Part shown: positions 29,440 to 39,066 of the stretch, piece by piece
Layout: every line of letters starts with the position of its first letter
How positions within the stretch are numbered: position 1 is the stretch's first letter
NCBI GenBank assembly: GCA_041663165.1
Contig: JBAZRF010000001.1
Span: forward strand, 736-64,735
Reading direction: 5' to 3'
DNA: 64,000 nucleotides
Source of the DNA: Minisyncoccota bacterium
Lineage (GTDB): Bacteria > Patescibacteriota > Minisyncoccia > Phycocordibacterales > XYD1-FULL-46-19
Notes under the pieces: model-generated
Database searches by the model: none
What the model saw: only the letters and a program-made list of their open reading frames with translations
Told to the model about the DNA's origin: nothing
Program-made: the position numbers and the translations under genes

Positions 29440-30618
29440 ATGCGCATTGCTATTTTTGCTGATACTTTTTACCCTTGTTTAGGCGGGATTGAGGACTCAA
29501 CCGCGATGCTGGCCCGGGCCTTGGGTGAACATAATTATTTAGTTGATGTTTACGTGCCCAAGTTTTCTCGGCGCTATTTTATTAAACACGGATTGCCTAA
29601 TCGAGAAATTGATTTGGGTCCAAATGTTAAAATTCATCGCTTGCCATCCTTGCCCTTGCCAATGTGGCTTTTTGATACTCGTTTGACTCTTCCCACTCTG
29701 GCTGGTTATCGTCAGCTTAAAAAAAATCGGCCCGACCTAATTCACACGCAAACTATTTGGGGTGCCGGCCTTGAGGCTTTATGGTCGAGTCGCAAACTAA
29801 AAATTCCGCTGGTGGGAACCAACCATACTATTATTGGCGAGTTTGGCACCTATTTTCCTTTTGCCAAAAAAACTTTTGTTAAATTGGCCATTTGGTACGA
29901 GACCTGGTATTACCACCATTGTGCTTTCGTTACCGCCCCGTCGCGGATTGCCCTTGAGGCAATGCAAAAAAATAATGTTGGTTGCCAAAGTCGAATTATA
30001 TCTAATATTATTGATACTGAAAATTTTAAACCACTAAACAATCAGGCGGATAAAGAAAAATTGAAGGCCGAATTTGGCCTGGCCGGTCGCCCGGTGATTT
30101 CTTTTGCTGGTCGATTTGCCATCGAGAAAAGGGGTGAGATTTTATTTCAAGCTATTTCTCTTATTCGCGGACGATTTCCACGAGTGATTTTGGCTCTGGC
30201 CGGGTCGGGCATCCAGCGTGATAATTGGGACAAAGAAATTCGCCAGCTTGATTTGCAGAATAATATTAAATTTGTCGGGGTTTTAGACAAACCACGTTTG
30301 GTTAAACTTTTTCAAGCCTCCGATGCTTTCGCTATTGCCAGCGCTATTGAATCACAAGGGATGGTGGCCTTGCAGGCGATGGCTTGTGGTCTGCCAGTGG
30401 TGGGAGTTAATGGCCGGGCTTTGCCAGAATATGTTAATAGCCAGAACGGTTTTATTGTACCGATTAATGATTACCAAGAAATGTCAAAATGCCTAACTAA
30501 GTTACTGATTGACCCAGTCCTTGCTCGCCATCTCGGTCAAAATGGTCGGCAGCAGGTTGAGAAATATTCCAAACAAAATATTATTAAAGAATGGGAAGAG
30601 ATTTATAAAAAAATATGA
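29440..30618 (+). CDS. Glycosyltransferase family 4 (GT-B, retaining)
   Basis: C-terminal GT4 motif region (...FAIASAIESQGMVALQAMACGLPVV...). Confidence 0.8.
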   Translation: MRIAIFADTFYPCLGGIEDSTAMLARALGEHNYLVDVYVPKFSRRYFIKHGLPNREIDLGPNVKIHRLPSLPLPMWLFDTRLTLPTLAGYRQLKKNRPDLIHTQTIWGAGLEALWSSRKLKIPLVGTNHTIIGEFGTYFPFAKKTFVKLAIWYETWYYHHCAFVTAPSRIALEAMQKNNVGCQSRIISNIIDTENFKPLNNQADKEKLKAEFGLAGRPVISFAGRFAIEKRGEILFQAISLIRGRFPRVILALAGSGIQRDNWDKEIRQLDLQNNIKFVGVLDKPRLVKLFQASDAFAIASAIESQGMVALQAMACGLPVVGVNGRALPEYVNSQNGFIVPINDYQEMSKCLTKLLIDPVLARHLGQNGRQQVEKYSKQNIIKEWEEIYKKI

Positions 30619-31379
30619 AACTTAGTATTATCATTCCAGCCTATAACGAGGAAGTCGGACTAGCTGATTGTTTAAAGATGGTTCTTAGCCGGATATCTGA
30701 GCAGAATCGCGAGGTTGAAACAATCTTAGTTAATAACGCGAGTACTGATCGCACGAGAGAAATTGCCGAACTCTTTTCTAATATAAAAATTGTCGATGAG
30801 TCGAATAAGGGCCTGGTTCGGGCTCGCCAGGCCGGCTTTATGGCCTCGATTGGCGATTTAATCGCCAATGTTGATGCCGATAGCCGAATTCCGGCCGGTT
30901 GGATTGAAAAGATTTTTACGGAGTTTGAGCGTAACCCTAATCTTGTGGCTTTGAGTGGGCCGTACATTTATTATGATTTACCTTGGTGGTTTAATTGGCT
31001 CTCAAAGATTTATTATTGGCTGGGCTGGCTTTCTACTTATCTAAATTTGAACCCAGCTCGGCACGGAGCGATGCTGCAAGGTGGCAATTTCGTTTTGCGT
31101 CGGACAGCGCTTGAAAAAATCGGCGGCTATCGTTTTGAGAAATTTGATTTTTACGGCGAGGAGACTGATGTCGCCATGCGCATTTGCGAAGTGGGGAAAA
31201 TCAAATTTACTTTTGGTTTGTCGATGGTTACCTCGGGTCGGCGCTTGGCGACTGAAGGGATGTTACGAGTATCCACTCGTTATGCTGTCAATTATTTTTG
31301 GACGATTTTTCTTGGCCGGCCGTACACGCAAAAAAATATCGATATTAGGGCCACTCAAAAACCCTCGGGACCCCAGTAG
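30615..31379 (+). CDS. Glycosyltransferase family 2, possibly a polyprenyl-phosphate sugar transferase
   Basis: Motif MKLSIIIPAYNEE...ILVNNASTDRT, DxD region and C-terminal hydrophobic segment. Confidence 0.75.
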   Translation: MKLSIIIPAYNEEVGLADCLKMVLSRISEQNREVETILVNNASTDRTREIAELFSNIKIVDESNKGLVRARQAGFMASIGDLIANVDADSRIPAGWIEKIFTEFERNPNLVALSGPYIYYDLPWWFNWLSKIYYWLGWLSTYLNLNPARHGAMLQGGNFVLRRTALEKIGGYRFEKFDFYGEETDVAMRICEVGKIKFTFGLSMVTSGRRLATEGMLRVSTRYAVNYFWTIFLGRPYTQKNIDIRATQKPSGPQ

Positions 31380-31431
31380 TTCTCGAGGGCTTTTGATCTG
31401 CCGATGCTGGGACGGCGGGCATGTTCTGTGG

Positions 31432-31827
31432 TCATGCGGGACGCCATTCCGTCGCTTCCATGAGACCAAAGCGGTTGCCCTCAGTATCTTTAGCGCTCGC
31501 AAACCAACCAACGTGAGGGATCTCCGATTTCTCCTTGATAATTATTCCACCGTTTTTTCTCACGGCTTCCATCGTCTTGTCGAGATCAGAAACCAAAACT
31601 GTGCAGTCGTAAAGATAAAACATGTCTTCTTTTTTGGCTGGGCGCTGATAAAGACCGCCGTTAATACCCGCCTCGGCATCTCCCGTTACCACTCCCCAGT
31701 AGTCCATGCCACCTTGATCCTTGGTCATCATCGGATCAATTTGCCAGCCAAGAGTCTTCTCATAAAAGGTCTTGGCGCGCGAGACGTCATCAGCTTGGAT
31801 CTCAAAATGTACCACTCGATTACCCAT
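31432..31827 (-). CDS. VOC/glyoxalase-bleomycin resistance family protein
   Basis: Glyoxalase fold motifs (VVHFEI...A..FY...LGW; GNRFGLME). Confidence 0.7.
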   Translation of the reverse strand: MGNRVVHFEIQADDVSRAKTFYEKTLGWQIDPMMTKDQGGMDYWGVVTGDAEAGINGGLYQRPAKKEDMFYLYDCTVLVSDLDKTMEAVRKNGGIIIKEKSEIPHVGWFASAKDTEGNRFGLMEATEWRPA

Positions 31828-31837
31828 AGCTTTTTAA

Positions 31838-32014
31838 TTAATTTAGTTCTGATAATGCTTCGATGATCGTTTCCTCAAATTGATCTTCATCAGCACTCTT
31901 CGCTTCGCTGATGATTTGCTGAACTTGCCAATTGGGCCAGCCCGCCCGGCGGGCCTGATACTTGAAGTAGCCGAGTAAGTCATAGGGATAAGAACTTTTT
32001 GCCGAATTTCTCAT
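31838..32014 (-). CDS. Small hypothetical protein (58 aa) immediately upstream of the VOC gene
   Basis: ATG-initiated ORF filling the gap, below the ORF-track cutoff. No obvious RBS. Confidence 0.25.
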   Translation of the reverse strand: MRNSAKSSYPYDLLGYFKYQARRAGWPNWQVQQIISEAKSADEDQFEETIIEALSELN

Positions 32015-32228
32015 AAATTAATTTTATTTATTAACTTTAAGATCTAATAATTTTTATTTTATAATAATGTCGACCTTTAACTTTAGTTGCGAAATTGTGG
32101 CAATGGCCTAATCGTATCTTGGTGACTATTAAATTTTTATGAAATCAGCAAAAAGTAATCCTCACTAAGCTTCTTGAAATTTTTTTTTACTGTGTTATTG
32201 TTTAAAGTAAAGTTAAAAATCGTCAAAA

Positions 32229-32903
32229 ATGAAGATCTTAATTGTTGAGGATGACAATGATCTGTGCGGGCTGATTAAAAAAGGCCTCAAACAGGAGGGC
32301 TATGCCGTCGATTGTTTGTCGGACGGTAAAGCGGCACTGACACGAATTCACATGAATCATCGTGATTATGACCTGATTGTTTTAGATTTGGGTTTGCCCG
32401 GTAAAAGTGGTTATGAAATTTGCGGGAGTGCTCGCGAAGCTGGCATCCAAACACCAATTTTGATCTTAACCGCCAAACACGAACTTGATAGCAAGGTAAA
32501 GCTTCTAAATATTGGGGCTGATGATTATTTAACTAAACCGTTCGAGCTCAAAGAGCTTCTGGCTAGGATTAGGGCAATCACTCGCCGGCCCAAGGAGAAA
32601 TTACCTGAGAAGTTGAAATTACGAGATTTGATCCTAAATCCCTCAACGCAAAAAGTAACGCGTGCCGGCAAAGAACTGAAATTGTCGCTCAAGGAGTTTC
32701 GCCTGCTCGAATATCTCATGCGCCGACCGAACAAAGCGGTTAGCCGACAGGACCTCCTCGATAATGTTTGGGATTCAGATTTTGACTCGATGAGTAATGT
32801 GCTGGATGTTTTTATCAAAAAATTGCGCGATAAAGTTGACAAGGGTCGTGGGCCCAAGCTGATCGAAACTGTTTGGGGCGTGGGCTATCGGCTAAAAGAC
32901 TAA
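32229..32903 (+). CDS. OmpR/PhoB-family response regulator
   Basis: Receiver domain (DLIVLDLGLPGKSG) plus winged-helix C-terminus (...TVWGVGYRL). Confidence 0.9.
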   Translation: MKILIVEDDNDLCGLIKKGLKQEGYAVDCLSDGKAALTRIHMNHRDYDLIVLDLGLPGKSGYEICGSAREAGIQTPILILTAKHELDSKVKLLNIGADDYLTKPFELKELLARIRAITRRPKEKLPEKLKLRDLILNPSTQKVTRAGKELKLSLKEFRLLEYLMRRPNKAVSRQDLLDNVWDSDFDSMSNVLDVFIKKLRDKVDKGRGPKLIETVWGVGYRLKD

Positions 32904-33007
32904 ATTTATCCCGTATTGGTGGCGATTCATCATTTTTTAATCTTTAGTGTTGTTTAATTGTGGGGCGATACAATGGCCCGTTTTTTGTTGACAAAAATTA
33001 AAAAACC

Positions 33008-35422
33008 ATGAATGATTATTCAATGGCCAAGAAAAAACTTGTTGGCGATATGCCCGAAGGACTTGCCTATTTGGTGTTCAAACAAAGTCCAGCTTCAATT
33101 GTGGTTACCGACCCTAAGGGGGTAATTCAGTATGTTAATCCTAAATTTGTAAAATTGACCGGTTATAAATTAAAGGAGGCCATCGGTCAAAATCCGCGAA
33201 TTTTAAAATCGGGACGAACGAGCGATAAGGAGTATGCCACGATGTGGCAGACCATAACTTCGGGCCGGGAGTGGCGAGGCGAGTTTTTAAATAAGAAAAA
33301 GAGTGGAGAGTTATATTGGGAAATTGCCTCAATTTCTCCGGTCAAGAATAAAAAAGGAGAAATAACCTATTTCGTGGCCGTTAAGGAAGACATCACTGAT
33401 CGCAAAAAAGCCGAAACCGAATTTCTCAAGTCTAATCAAATTTTGCGAGCCATTTCGCGGGGCAGTCAAGCGGTAATGCGGGTAGCGGATGAATTCGAAT
33501 TTTTACGGGAGGCTTGCCGAATTATTACTAAAGATTGCGGTTACTCTATGGTTTGGGTTGGCTATGCTGAGAATAATAAGGAAAAAACCGTTAAGCCCGT
33601 TGCCTCGGCCGGTTTTGCCAAGGGCTATCTGGATAAGATTAAGGTAACTTGGGCTGATAATCAACTTGGACGCGGTCCGACCGGCACGGCGATTCGCACC
33701 GGCAAAATTACCAAGTGCGAAAATATGTTGACTGACCCAAAATTTGCTCCCTGGCGCGAAGCGGCACGCCAGCGCGGTTACGCTTCGTCCATTGTTTTTC
33801 CTCTTAAATTGGCTGGTCGGATTTTTGGCGCGATCAGCATTTATTCAGAAGAAACTAATCCATTCACCGAAGACGAAGTTAGATTATTGACGGAGTTAAT
33901 AAATGTTTTAGCGACTGGCATTGGCGCGGTGCGCCTGCGCCAAAAAGTTAATCATCTAGCCTCCTTTCCACGGCTCAATGTTATGCCAGTAATTGAAGTT
34001 AATTTGTCCGGCCAAGTTGCCTATGTTAATCCGGCCGGCCTGCGCGCTTTTCCTGACTTAAAGAAAAAAGGAGCCAATCATCCTCTCTTGCTTAAACTTA
34101 ATCTTAAAAAGCTTAAGGGCGGAGCTGAGCCGTTTTTATTTGAGGCAAAAATTGATGACCGATGGTATAGCTCGGCGGCCAAGTTTCTACCAGAGACAAG
34201 TCAGGTCAGGATCTACTGTATGGATATTACCAAACGAATGGAGGCGCTTGACGAATTAGCCCGAGAGAAAAATCGACTGATCGAAATGGAGGAGCGTCAA
34301 CGCAATTTTATTGCTATTCTTGGCCATGAATTGCGAAATCCTTTGGCCTCAATTGTCTTAGCGCTCGATCTGATTGCGACACAGAAAAATAGAACCCTAT
34401 CGATTCAAGAGGAACTTGATGTAATTGGCCACCAAACCAACAACATGAGTAAATTACTCAAGGACTTGCTCGATGTTTCCCGTCTTGATCGCGGCCGTTT
34501 GGAGCTCGAAATTAAAAACGTTGATTTGACCCGAATAATTTATAATACCCTCGGTTCAATTCGGCCACTCTTGGGAAAAAATAAGCGGCAACTTAAGATT
34601 TCTGGCCATCTTGAATCGGTCAAAATTTTAGCCGATCGCCTGCGGATTGAACAAATTTTAATTAATCTGTTGAGCAATGCCGTGAAATATTCAAAGGAGG
34701 GAAGCTTAATCGAGCTCTCGGTTGACAGACAAGGCGGCGAAGCCTTTGTTGTCGTTAGGGATAATGGTATGGGTATCCCGGCTAATAAGTTGCTTCATAT
34801 TTTTGATCTATTTTCTCAGGGTGAACAGAATGCTCAAACGAAAAAAAGCGGCGGACTTGGTGTTGGCCTGTACATGTCCCGCGAATTGGCGCGCTTGCAT
34901 GGCGGAGAGGTCACAGCTTCAAGCGAGGGAGTGGGTAAGGGTAGTGAGTTTACGTTAAGATTGCCGATCAAGGCGAAAGAGATTCCGGAAAAAGAAAATT
35001 TTAAAACAAAAAAATTAAGCCATCAGGTCAAAACCCCAACCAGCCAGAAGCTGCGCGTCTTGAGTGTTGATGATAATGTCGAGTTAGCGAAATTTATCGG
35101 TCAGTCTCTTAAATTGCTCGGTTGCGAGGCTAGGGTGGTTCATGACGGTCAGACCGCGCTCAAGGTTCTTCGCCGTTTCAAGCCCCAATTCGCTTTGCTT
35201 GATCTGGGTATGCCCAAGATGGATGGCTTTGAGTTAGCCCGGCGTATCAAGGCTGACAAAAAATTAGCCTCAATAACCTTGGTGGCGATTACCGGTTTTG
35301 GCCAGGAAAGAGACAAAGACAAAGCTAAGCGCGCTGGTTTTGAATATTATATTGTTAAACCGTTGCGAATTGATGACTTGTCGAAACTTTTATCTGAGGA
35401 AAAAAGTAGCTTTCAGCTATAA
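33008..35422 (+). CDS. Hybrid sensor histidine kinase (PAS + GAF + HisKA + HATPase_c + C-terminal receiver)
   Basis: H-box ILGHELRNPL, G-box region and C-terminal REC domain (LLDLGMPKMDGFEL). Confidence 0.88.
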   Translation: MNDYSMAKKKLVGDMPEGLAYLVFKQSPASIVVTDPKGVIQYVNPKFVKLTGYKLKEAIGQNPRILKSGRTSDKEYATMWQTITSGREWRGEFLNKKKSGELYWEIASISPVKNKKGEITYFVAVKEDITDRKKAETEFLKSNQILRAISRGSQAVMRVADEFEFLREACRIITKDCGYSMVWVGYAENNKEKTVKPVASAGFAKGYLDKIKVTWADNQLGRGPTGTAIRTGKITKCENMLTDPKFAPWREAARQRGYASSIVFPLKLAGRIFGAISIYSEETNPFTEDEVRLLTELINVLATGIGAVRLRQKVNHLASFPRLNVMPVIEVNLSGQVAYVNPAGLRAFPDLKKKGANHPLLLKLNLKKLKGGAEPFLFEAKIDDRWYSSAAKFLPETSQVRIYCMDITKRMEALDELAREKNRLIEMEERQRNFIAILGHELRNPLASIVLALDLIATQKNRTLSIQEELDVIGHQTNNMSKLLKDLLDVSRLDRGRLELEIKNVDLTRIIYNTLGSIRPLLGKNKRQLKISGHLESVKILADRLRIEQILINLLSNAVKYSKEGSLIELSVDRQGGEAFVVVRDNGMGIPANKLLHIFDLFSQGEQNAQTKKSGGLGVGLYMSRELARLHGGEVTASSEGVGKGSEFTLRLPIKAKEIPEKENFKTKKLSHQVKTPTSQKLRVLSVDDNVELAKFIGQSLKLLGCEARVVHDGQTALKVLRRFKPQFALLDLGMPKMDGFELARRIKADKKLASITLVAITGFGQERDKDKAKRAGFEYYIVKPLRIDDLSKLLSEEKSSFQL

Positions 35423-35544
35423 AATTATTTTCATAATTTTTTAATAACTACTCCGCTACAATTAACTGAATATATTATTAGCCTTAATTATTATTCAGTG
35501 TTTTTGGGGTCTTCTTGCTTTAATAGTAAATATAAAAAATAATC

Positions 35545-35832
35545 ATGACTTTGAGCAAAAAATTTTGGGGGCTGTTGGCCTTGGCCATCACCCTAGTTTC
35601 GTTGGGGGTAGCTAGTTATAGTTACCAAGCGCAAGCGGCCGCTTATTCGGCCAATATCTTTTCTAATAATAGTGTTTTTGGGCAAGCCACGATCGGCGAT
35701 ACTGTTACGGCCGCTTTTGGCTTTACGGATCCAGCCACTGTTTTGGCTGGTTTACCGACGGCGACCATCGACAACCAGCCCGCCTCAATTATGGATATGG
35801 GGGCAATTATTTTTGGGCTTCGCGCGCGATGA
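35545..35832 (+). CDS. Signal-peptide-bearing N-terminal fragment, probably the 5' part of the following surface-protein gene
   Basis: Carries a signal peptide and ends at a TGA that overlaps the ATG of the next ORF (ATGA). The downstream ORF lacks a signal peptide. Confidence 0.45.
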   Translation: MTLSKKFWGLLALAITLVSLGVASYSYQAQAAAYSANIFSNNSVFGQATIGDTVTAAFGFTDPATVLAGLPTATIDNQPASIMDMGAIIFGLRAR

Positions 35833-37133
35833 CGGCGACTGATCCGGTCGGACCGGTAAGTTTTGACGTTAACTACGTAGACCAAACCGGTTATGGCACA
35901 ATAAACTCTACGACCGATGGCTCGGGCGTAAATTTTTCCCTAACACCTCCTGTTCCGGACACCGTTCCCCCCGTTATTACTCTGGTCGGTCCCTCGTCGG
36001 TTGATGTTCTTCTTAACTCTAATTACGTTGATGCCGGTGCTACCGCCTTCGATAATGTCGATGGCAACCTAACAGCTAATCTGGGCGAGTCGGATAATGT
36101 TGATACTTCAACAATTGGCACTTACACGGTTACTTATACGGTTTCTGATTCTTCTGGTAATGCGGCAATACCGGTTAGTCGTACCGTAAATGTGGTCTCC
36201 ACTGTACCGAGCGCGGACGTAACCCCACCTGTCATTACCTTACTTGGCACAACTCCTGTTGATAGCCTAGTTGGCACTCCATATTTTGATGCCGGCGCTA
36301 CTGCTCTTGATAATGTTGACGGTAACATTACTGCCAACATTGTAACCACTAACCTTGTTGATCCTAACACGATTGGTCAATACATCGTTTCTTACAATGT
36401 TTCCGATGCGACCGGCAATGCAGCAATACCGGTTACGCGGACGGTCAATGTTGTGGCAGCGACGACCACTCCTCCAATTGCCACTACCACTCCCGACACC
36501 ACTCCTCCAGTTATCACCCTCTTGGGCGTCTCGCTGATTAATATTACGATGGGTACAACGTATACTGATGCCGGCGCCACCGCTCTCGACAGTGTGGATG
36601 GGGTTAGGCCGGTAACGGTGTCTGGCTCAGTTAATACCGGCGCGGTTGGTACCTACCAGTTGATTTATCAAGCTTCGGACATCTCAGGCAACCTTGCTTC
36701 TTCAACGAGAACCGTTAATGTTGTAGCTATTATTCCTCCGGCCGGCGGTGGTGGAGGCAGTAACCCTGGTCGCGGCGGGGGTGGTTCCTCAACCGCTAGT
36801 GGCGGGTCAACCTTTCCTTCTAATGGAAATAAAGATTTGCCCAAGATCGAAAGGGTTTTGGGGGCATCCGTCTTTCGCTTTGGACACAGTATTTTAAAGA
36901 TGGGAGATCAAAACGGCGATGTTAAAGCTTTGCAATTATTCTTGATAGACCAAAATTCTGGTTCTATTGCTAAACAATTGGCCAAGGTTGGGGCGACTGG
37001 CTACTTTGGCCCTATGACTAGTCGGGCTTTGATTGAGTATCAAAGGAAGGTGGGCGTGGGTCCTTATCTTGGCCGACTTTTTCCCAAGCTTGCTCGTTAT
37101 ATCTCTAACAAGATTAGCTTGAACCAAACTTAA
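35829..37133 (+). CDS. Cell-surface protein with four DUF5011-type Ig-like repeats, Gly-rich linker and C-terminal peptidoglycan-binding (PG_binding_1-like) domain
   Basis: Four repeats of PPVITL.G...V.....Y.DAGATA.DNVDGN.TAN...T.GTY...Y.VSD..GNAA. C-terminal LFLIDQNSG...GYFGPMTSRALIEYQRK. Confidence 0.7.
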   Translation: MTATDPVGPVSFDVNYVDQTGYGTINSTTDGSGVNFSLTPPVPDTVPPVITLVGPSSVDVLLNSNYVDAGATAFDNVDGNLTANLGESDNVDTSTIGTYTVTYTVSDSSGNAAIPVSRTVNVVSTVPSADVTPPVITLLGTTPVDSLVGTPYFDAGATALDNVDGNITANIVTTNLVDPNTIGQYIVSYNVSDATGNAAIPVTRTVNVVAATTTPPIATTTPDTTPPVITLLGVSLINITMGTTYTDAGATALDSVDGVRPVTVSGSVNTGAVGTYQLIYQASDISGNLASSTRTVNVVAIIPPAGGGGGSNPGRGGGGSSTASGGSTFPSNGNKDLPKIERVLGASVFRFGHSILKMGDQNGDVKALQLFLIDQNSGSIAKQLAKVGATGYFGPMTSRALIEYQRKVGVGPYLGRLFPKLARYISNKISLNQT

Positions 37134-37353
37134 GATCGTCGTCGTAGCTCCTAGTACAGAAGGCCCCCAGCCCCTAGTAGACAGGCTGGGGGTCTTCGTG
37201 CTACTATGACGGTAGGCTTTCAACAACGCGCGCTGCACTTTCTTTGATGGTCATTTCTCCATCCCCGTCAGGGGAACACAGCCGCCACGGTTCTCCGGGG
37301 CGGCTTCGTTGTTTGTATTGAAGGCCGGGCTAATTTATGGGATTATGTAGAAG

Positions 37354-37812
37354 ATGGATCCGAGCGCCAAAATCCTTAATTTTTTGGATGATCACCACAT
37401 CAAGTACGAAGTTTTAGAGCATGAGCCGGTTTTTACCAGTGAACAAGCGGCTAAGATCAGAGGCACCGAATTATGCCAGGGCGCTAAGACTCTACTGCTT
37501 AAAACCGGGGGAGAGTTTGTTTTGGCCGTTTTGCCGGGGGAACGCCGACTTGATACAAAGAAACTGAAAAAGATTCTGGGCGTAAAAGATCTTCGTTTTG
37601 CCTTGCCAGAAGAAGTGGAAAAAATAATGGGCTGTCAAATCGGCGCCTGCTATCCGTTTGGCAATTTGATCGGCGTGCGAATGGTGGTTGATCAGGCAAT
37701 GGGTGATAATGAGATAATAACCTTTAACATCGGCCGGCACGATCGTTCAGTTAAAATGCGCTGGGACGATTATAAAAATATCACCAAAGCCGAAGTCGTT
37801 GAGATAACCTAA
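37354..37812 (+). CDS. YbaK/ProX-type aminoacyl-tRNA deacylase (trans-editing domain)
   Basis: YbaK fold segments (...GAKTLLLKTGGEFVLAVLPGERRLD...GCQIGACYPFG...). Confidence 0.75.
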   Translation: MDPSAKILNFLDDHHIKYEVLEHEPVFTSEQAAKIRGTELCQGAKTLLLKTGGEFVLAVLPGERRLDTKKLKKILGVKDLRFALPEEVEKIMGCQIGACYPFGNLIGVRMVVDQAMGDNEIITFNIGRHDRSVKMRWDDYKNITKAEVVEIT

Positions 37813-37819
37813 AAATATT

Positions 37820-38254
37820 ATGATGTCAGAAACATTAAAAAAATTCCGTTACCCAGAATCGCTAGTCAAAGAATATGAGAATTGGTTATTATTATGTCGG
37901 CCCAAACAAAAAACCTTAGGGTCTCTTGTCTTGTTGTGCAAAGATGAGATAACTAGTTTCTCGGCGATTTCTGATAAAAGTTTTACTGAATTATCTCAAA
38001 TAATTCGCGAAGTAGAAGGTAAACTAAGAAAAGAATTCAATTACGACAAAATAAATTATCAGATGTGGATGATGGCCGATCCGGAAGTTCATTTTCATAT
38101 TTTCCCCCGATATTCCGTGGATAAGGAATTATTCGGTTTCGTCTTTAAAGATACCGCTTGGCCCGGCACGCTTGGAGACAATGACCTTAATCAAATAGGT
38201 GAGGAGGTCTATTTAAAATTGGCCAGTAAACTAAAAGAATTATTTAACAAATAA
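37820..38254 (+). CDS. HIT-like (histidine triad superfamily) protein with variant HxH motif
   Basis: C-terminal EVHFHIFPRY resembles the HIT motif H-phi-H-phi-H with the third His replaced. The overall length is HIT-like. Confidence 0.5.
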   Translation: MMSETLKKFRYPESLVKEYENWLLLCRPKQKTLGSLVLLCKDEITSFSAISDKSFTELSQIIREVEGKLRKEFNYDKINYQMWMMADPEVHFHIFPRYSVDKELFGFVFKDTAWPGTLGDNDLNQIGEEVYLKLASKLKELFNK

Positions 38255-38317
38255 TAATGCAGATGAGAATGACCGGTCCTTATGGTGGGGGACCGGCCGT
38301 GGGAATTATTCGGAGGA

Positions 38318-38734
38318 CTAATTGTCTGAGGGCCGAAAGGTTCTGGCCCGAGGTCTTGCTTCGGGATCGACCCCTGGAGATGTTGACTGGGTAGTAATTA
38401 CTCCCATGGCGCTCGCTCCGCCCTCGTAGCCTTCGTGAAGCGCTTTCGAGATCGTCGGGGGCAGATCTTTGTCGTACAGGACGGATACCTGAATCTGTCG
38501 ACGAAGCATCTCTCTCTCACTATCCGATATCCAGCCACTATCGGCAAGCCTCTCAACTTCTCTTAAGGCTTCCGGTTTGCTGAGTACTAAGATGGGCTTT
38601 CTGCCTTGGACAAAGATTTGCCCCATGGCGTTTCCCTGCACCTCAACCTTTGACCCAAGTTCTCCGAGACCCGTTTTGATGGCCGCTATTAGCTCTTCTC
38701 GGGGAGGGGTTACCAAAAGACATGGCTTTTTCAC
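38318..38734 (-). CDS. Hypothetical protein, GC-rich foreign-looking gene (GTG start)
   Basis: GC-rich ORF with RBS GAGGAG and upstream promoter-like TTTACA-17-TATTAT. No recognisable domain. Confidence 0.5.
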   Translation of the reverse strand: MKKPCLLVTPPREELIAAIKTGLGELGSKVEVQGNAMGQIFVQGRKPILVLSKPEALREVERLADSGWISDSEREMLRRQIQVSVLYDKDLPPTISKALHEGYEGGASAMGVITTQSTSPGVDPEARPRARTFRPSDN

Positions 38735-38820
38735 TTCTCAATCTCTCCTCAGTTCGGGTGAACGTTACCTGCCTCCCATAATAACATCTAATTGATATAT
38801 TGTAAATGCTGATATCTATT

Positions 38821-38849
38821 CTTGACGGTTAACGCTTTTTTGTGTATGG
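38821..38849 (+). promoter_or_regulatory. sigma70-like promoter TTGACG-17-TATGGT on the + strand, divergent from the 38318-38734 gene
   Basis: Read directly: ttcTTGACGgttaacgcttttttgtgTATGGTg. Confidence 0.5.
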
Positions 38850-38852
38850 TGT

Positions 38853-38946
38853 TGTATATCCCCGCGAATGCACTCGCTGTGTGGTGAGTGTGGCATCACA
38901 ACCGGTTTAGGGGGTGAGCCTCTCGGCTTCCCCCTTACCTTATTTT
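38853..38946 (+). ncRNA. Candidate ~90-nt leader or small RNA ending in an intrinsic terminator (GGGGGTGAGCC...GGCTTCCCCC + U-tract)
   Basis: A promoter lies upstream. A GC-rich hairpin is followed by TTATTTTTT. The next CDS start is about 120 nt further downstream. Confidence 0.35.
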
Positions 38947-38947
38947 T
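38905..38947 (+). terminator. Rho-independent terminator-like hairpin + T-run
   Basis: AGGGGGTGAGCCTCTCGGCTTCCCCCTTACCTTATTTTTT. Confidence 0.5.
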
Positions 38948-39066
38948 TAAAGATGGCGTTTGTCAGAACTTACTAGCGATAGTGGGTTTTTTCTTTGCCA
39001 AGAGGTCATTTTTGTGTTAATGATAAACTGGAAAGTTGGCCTGAGCCTTACGGCAGAAAGGAGATT

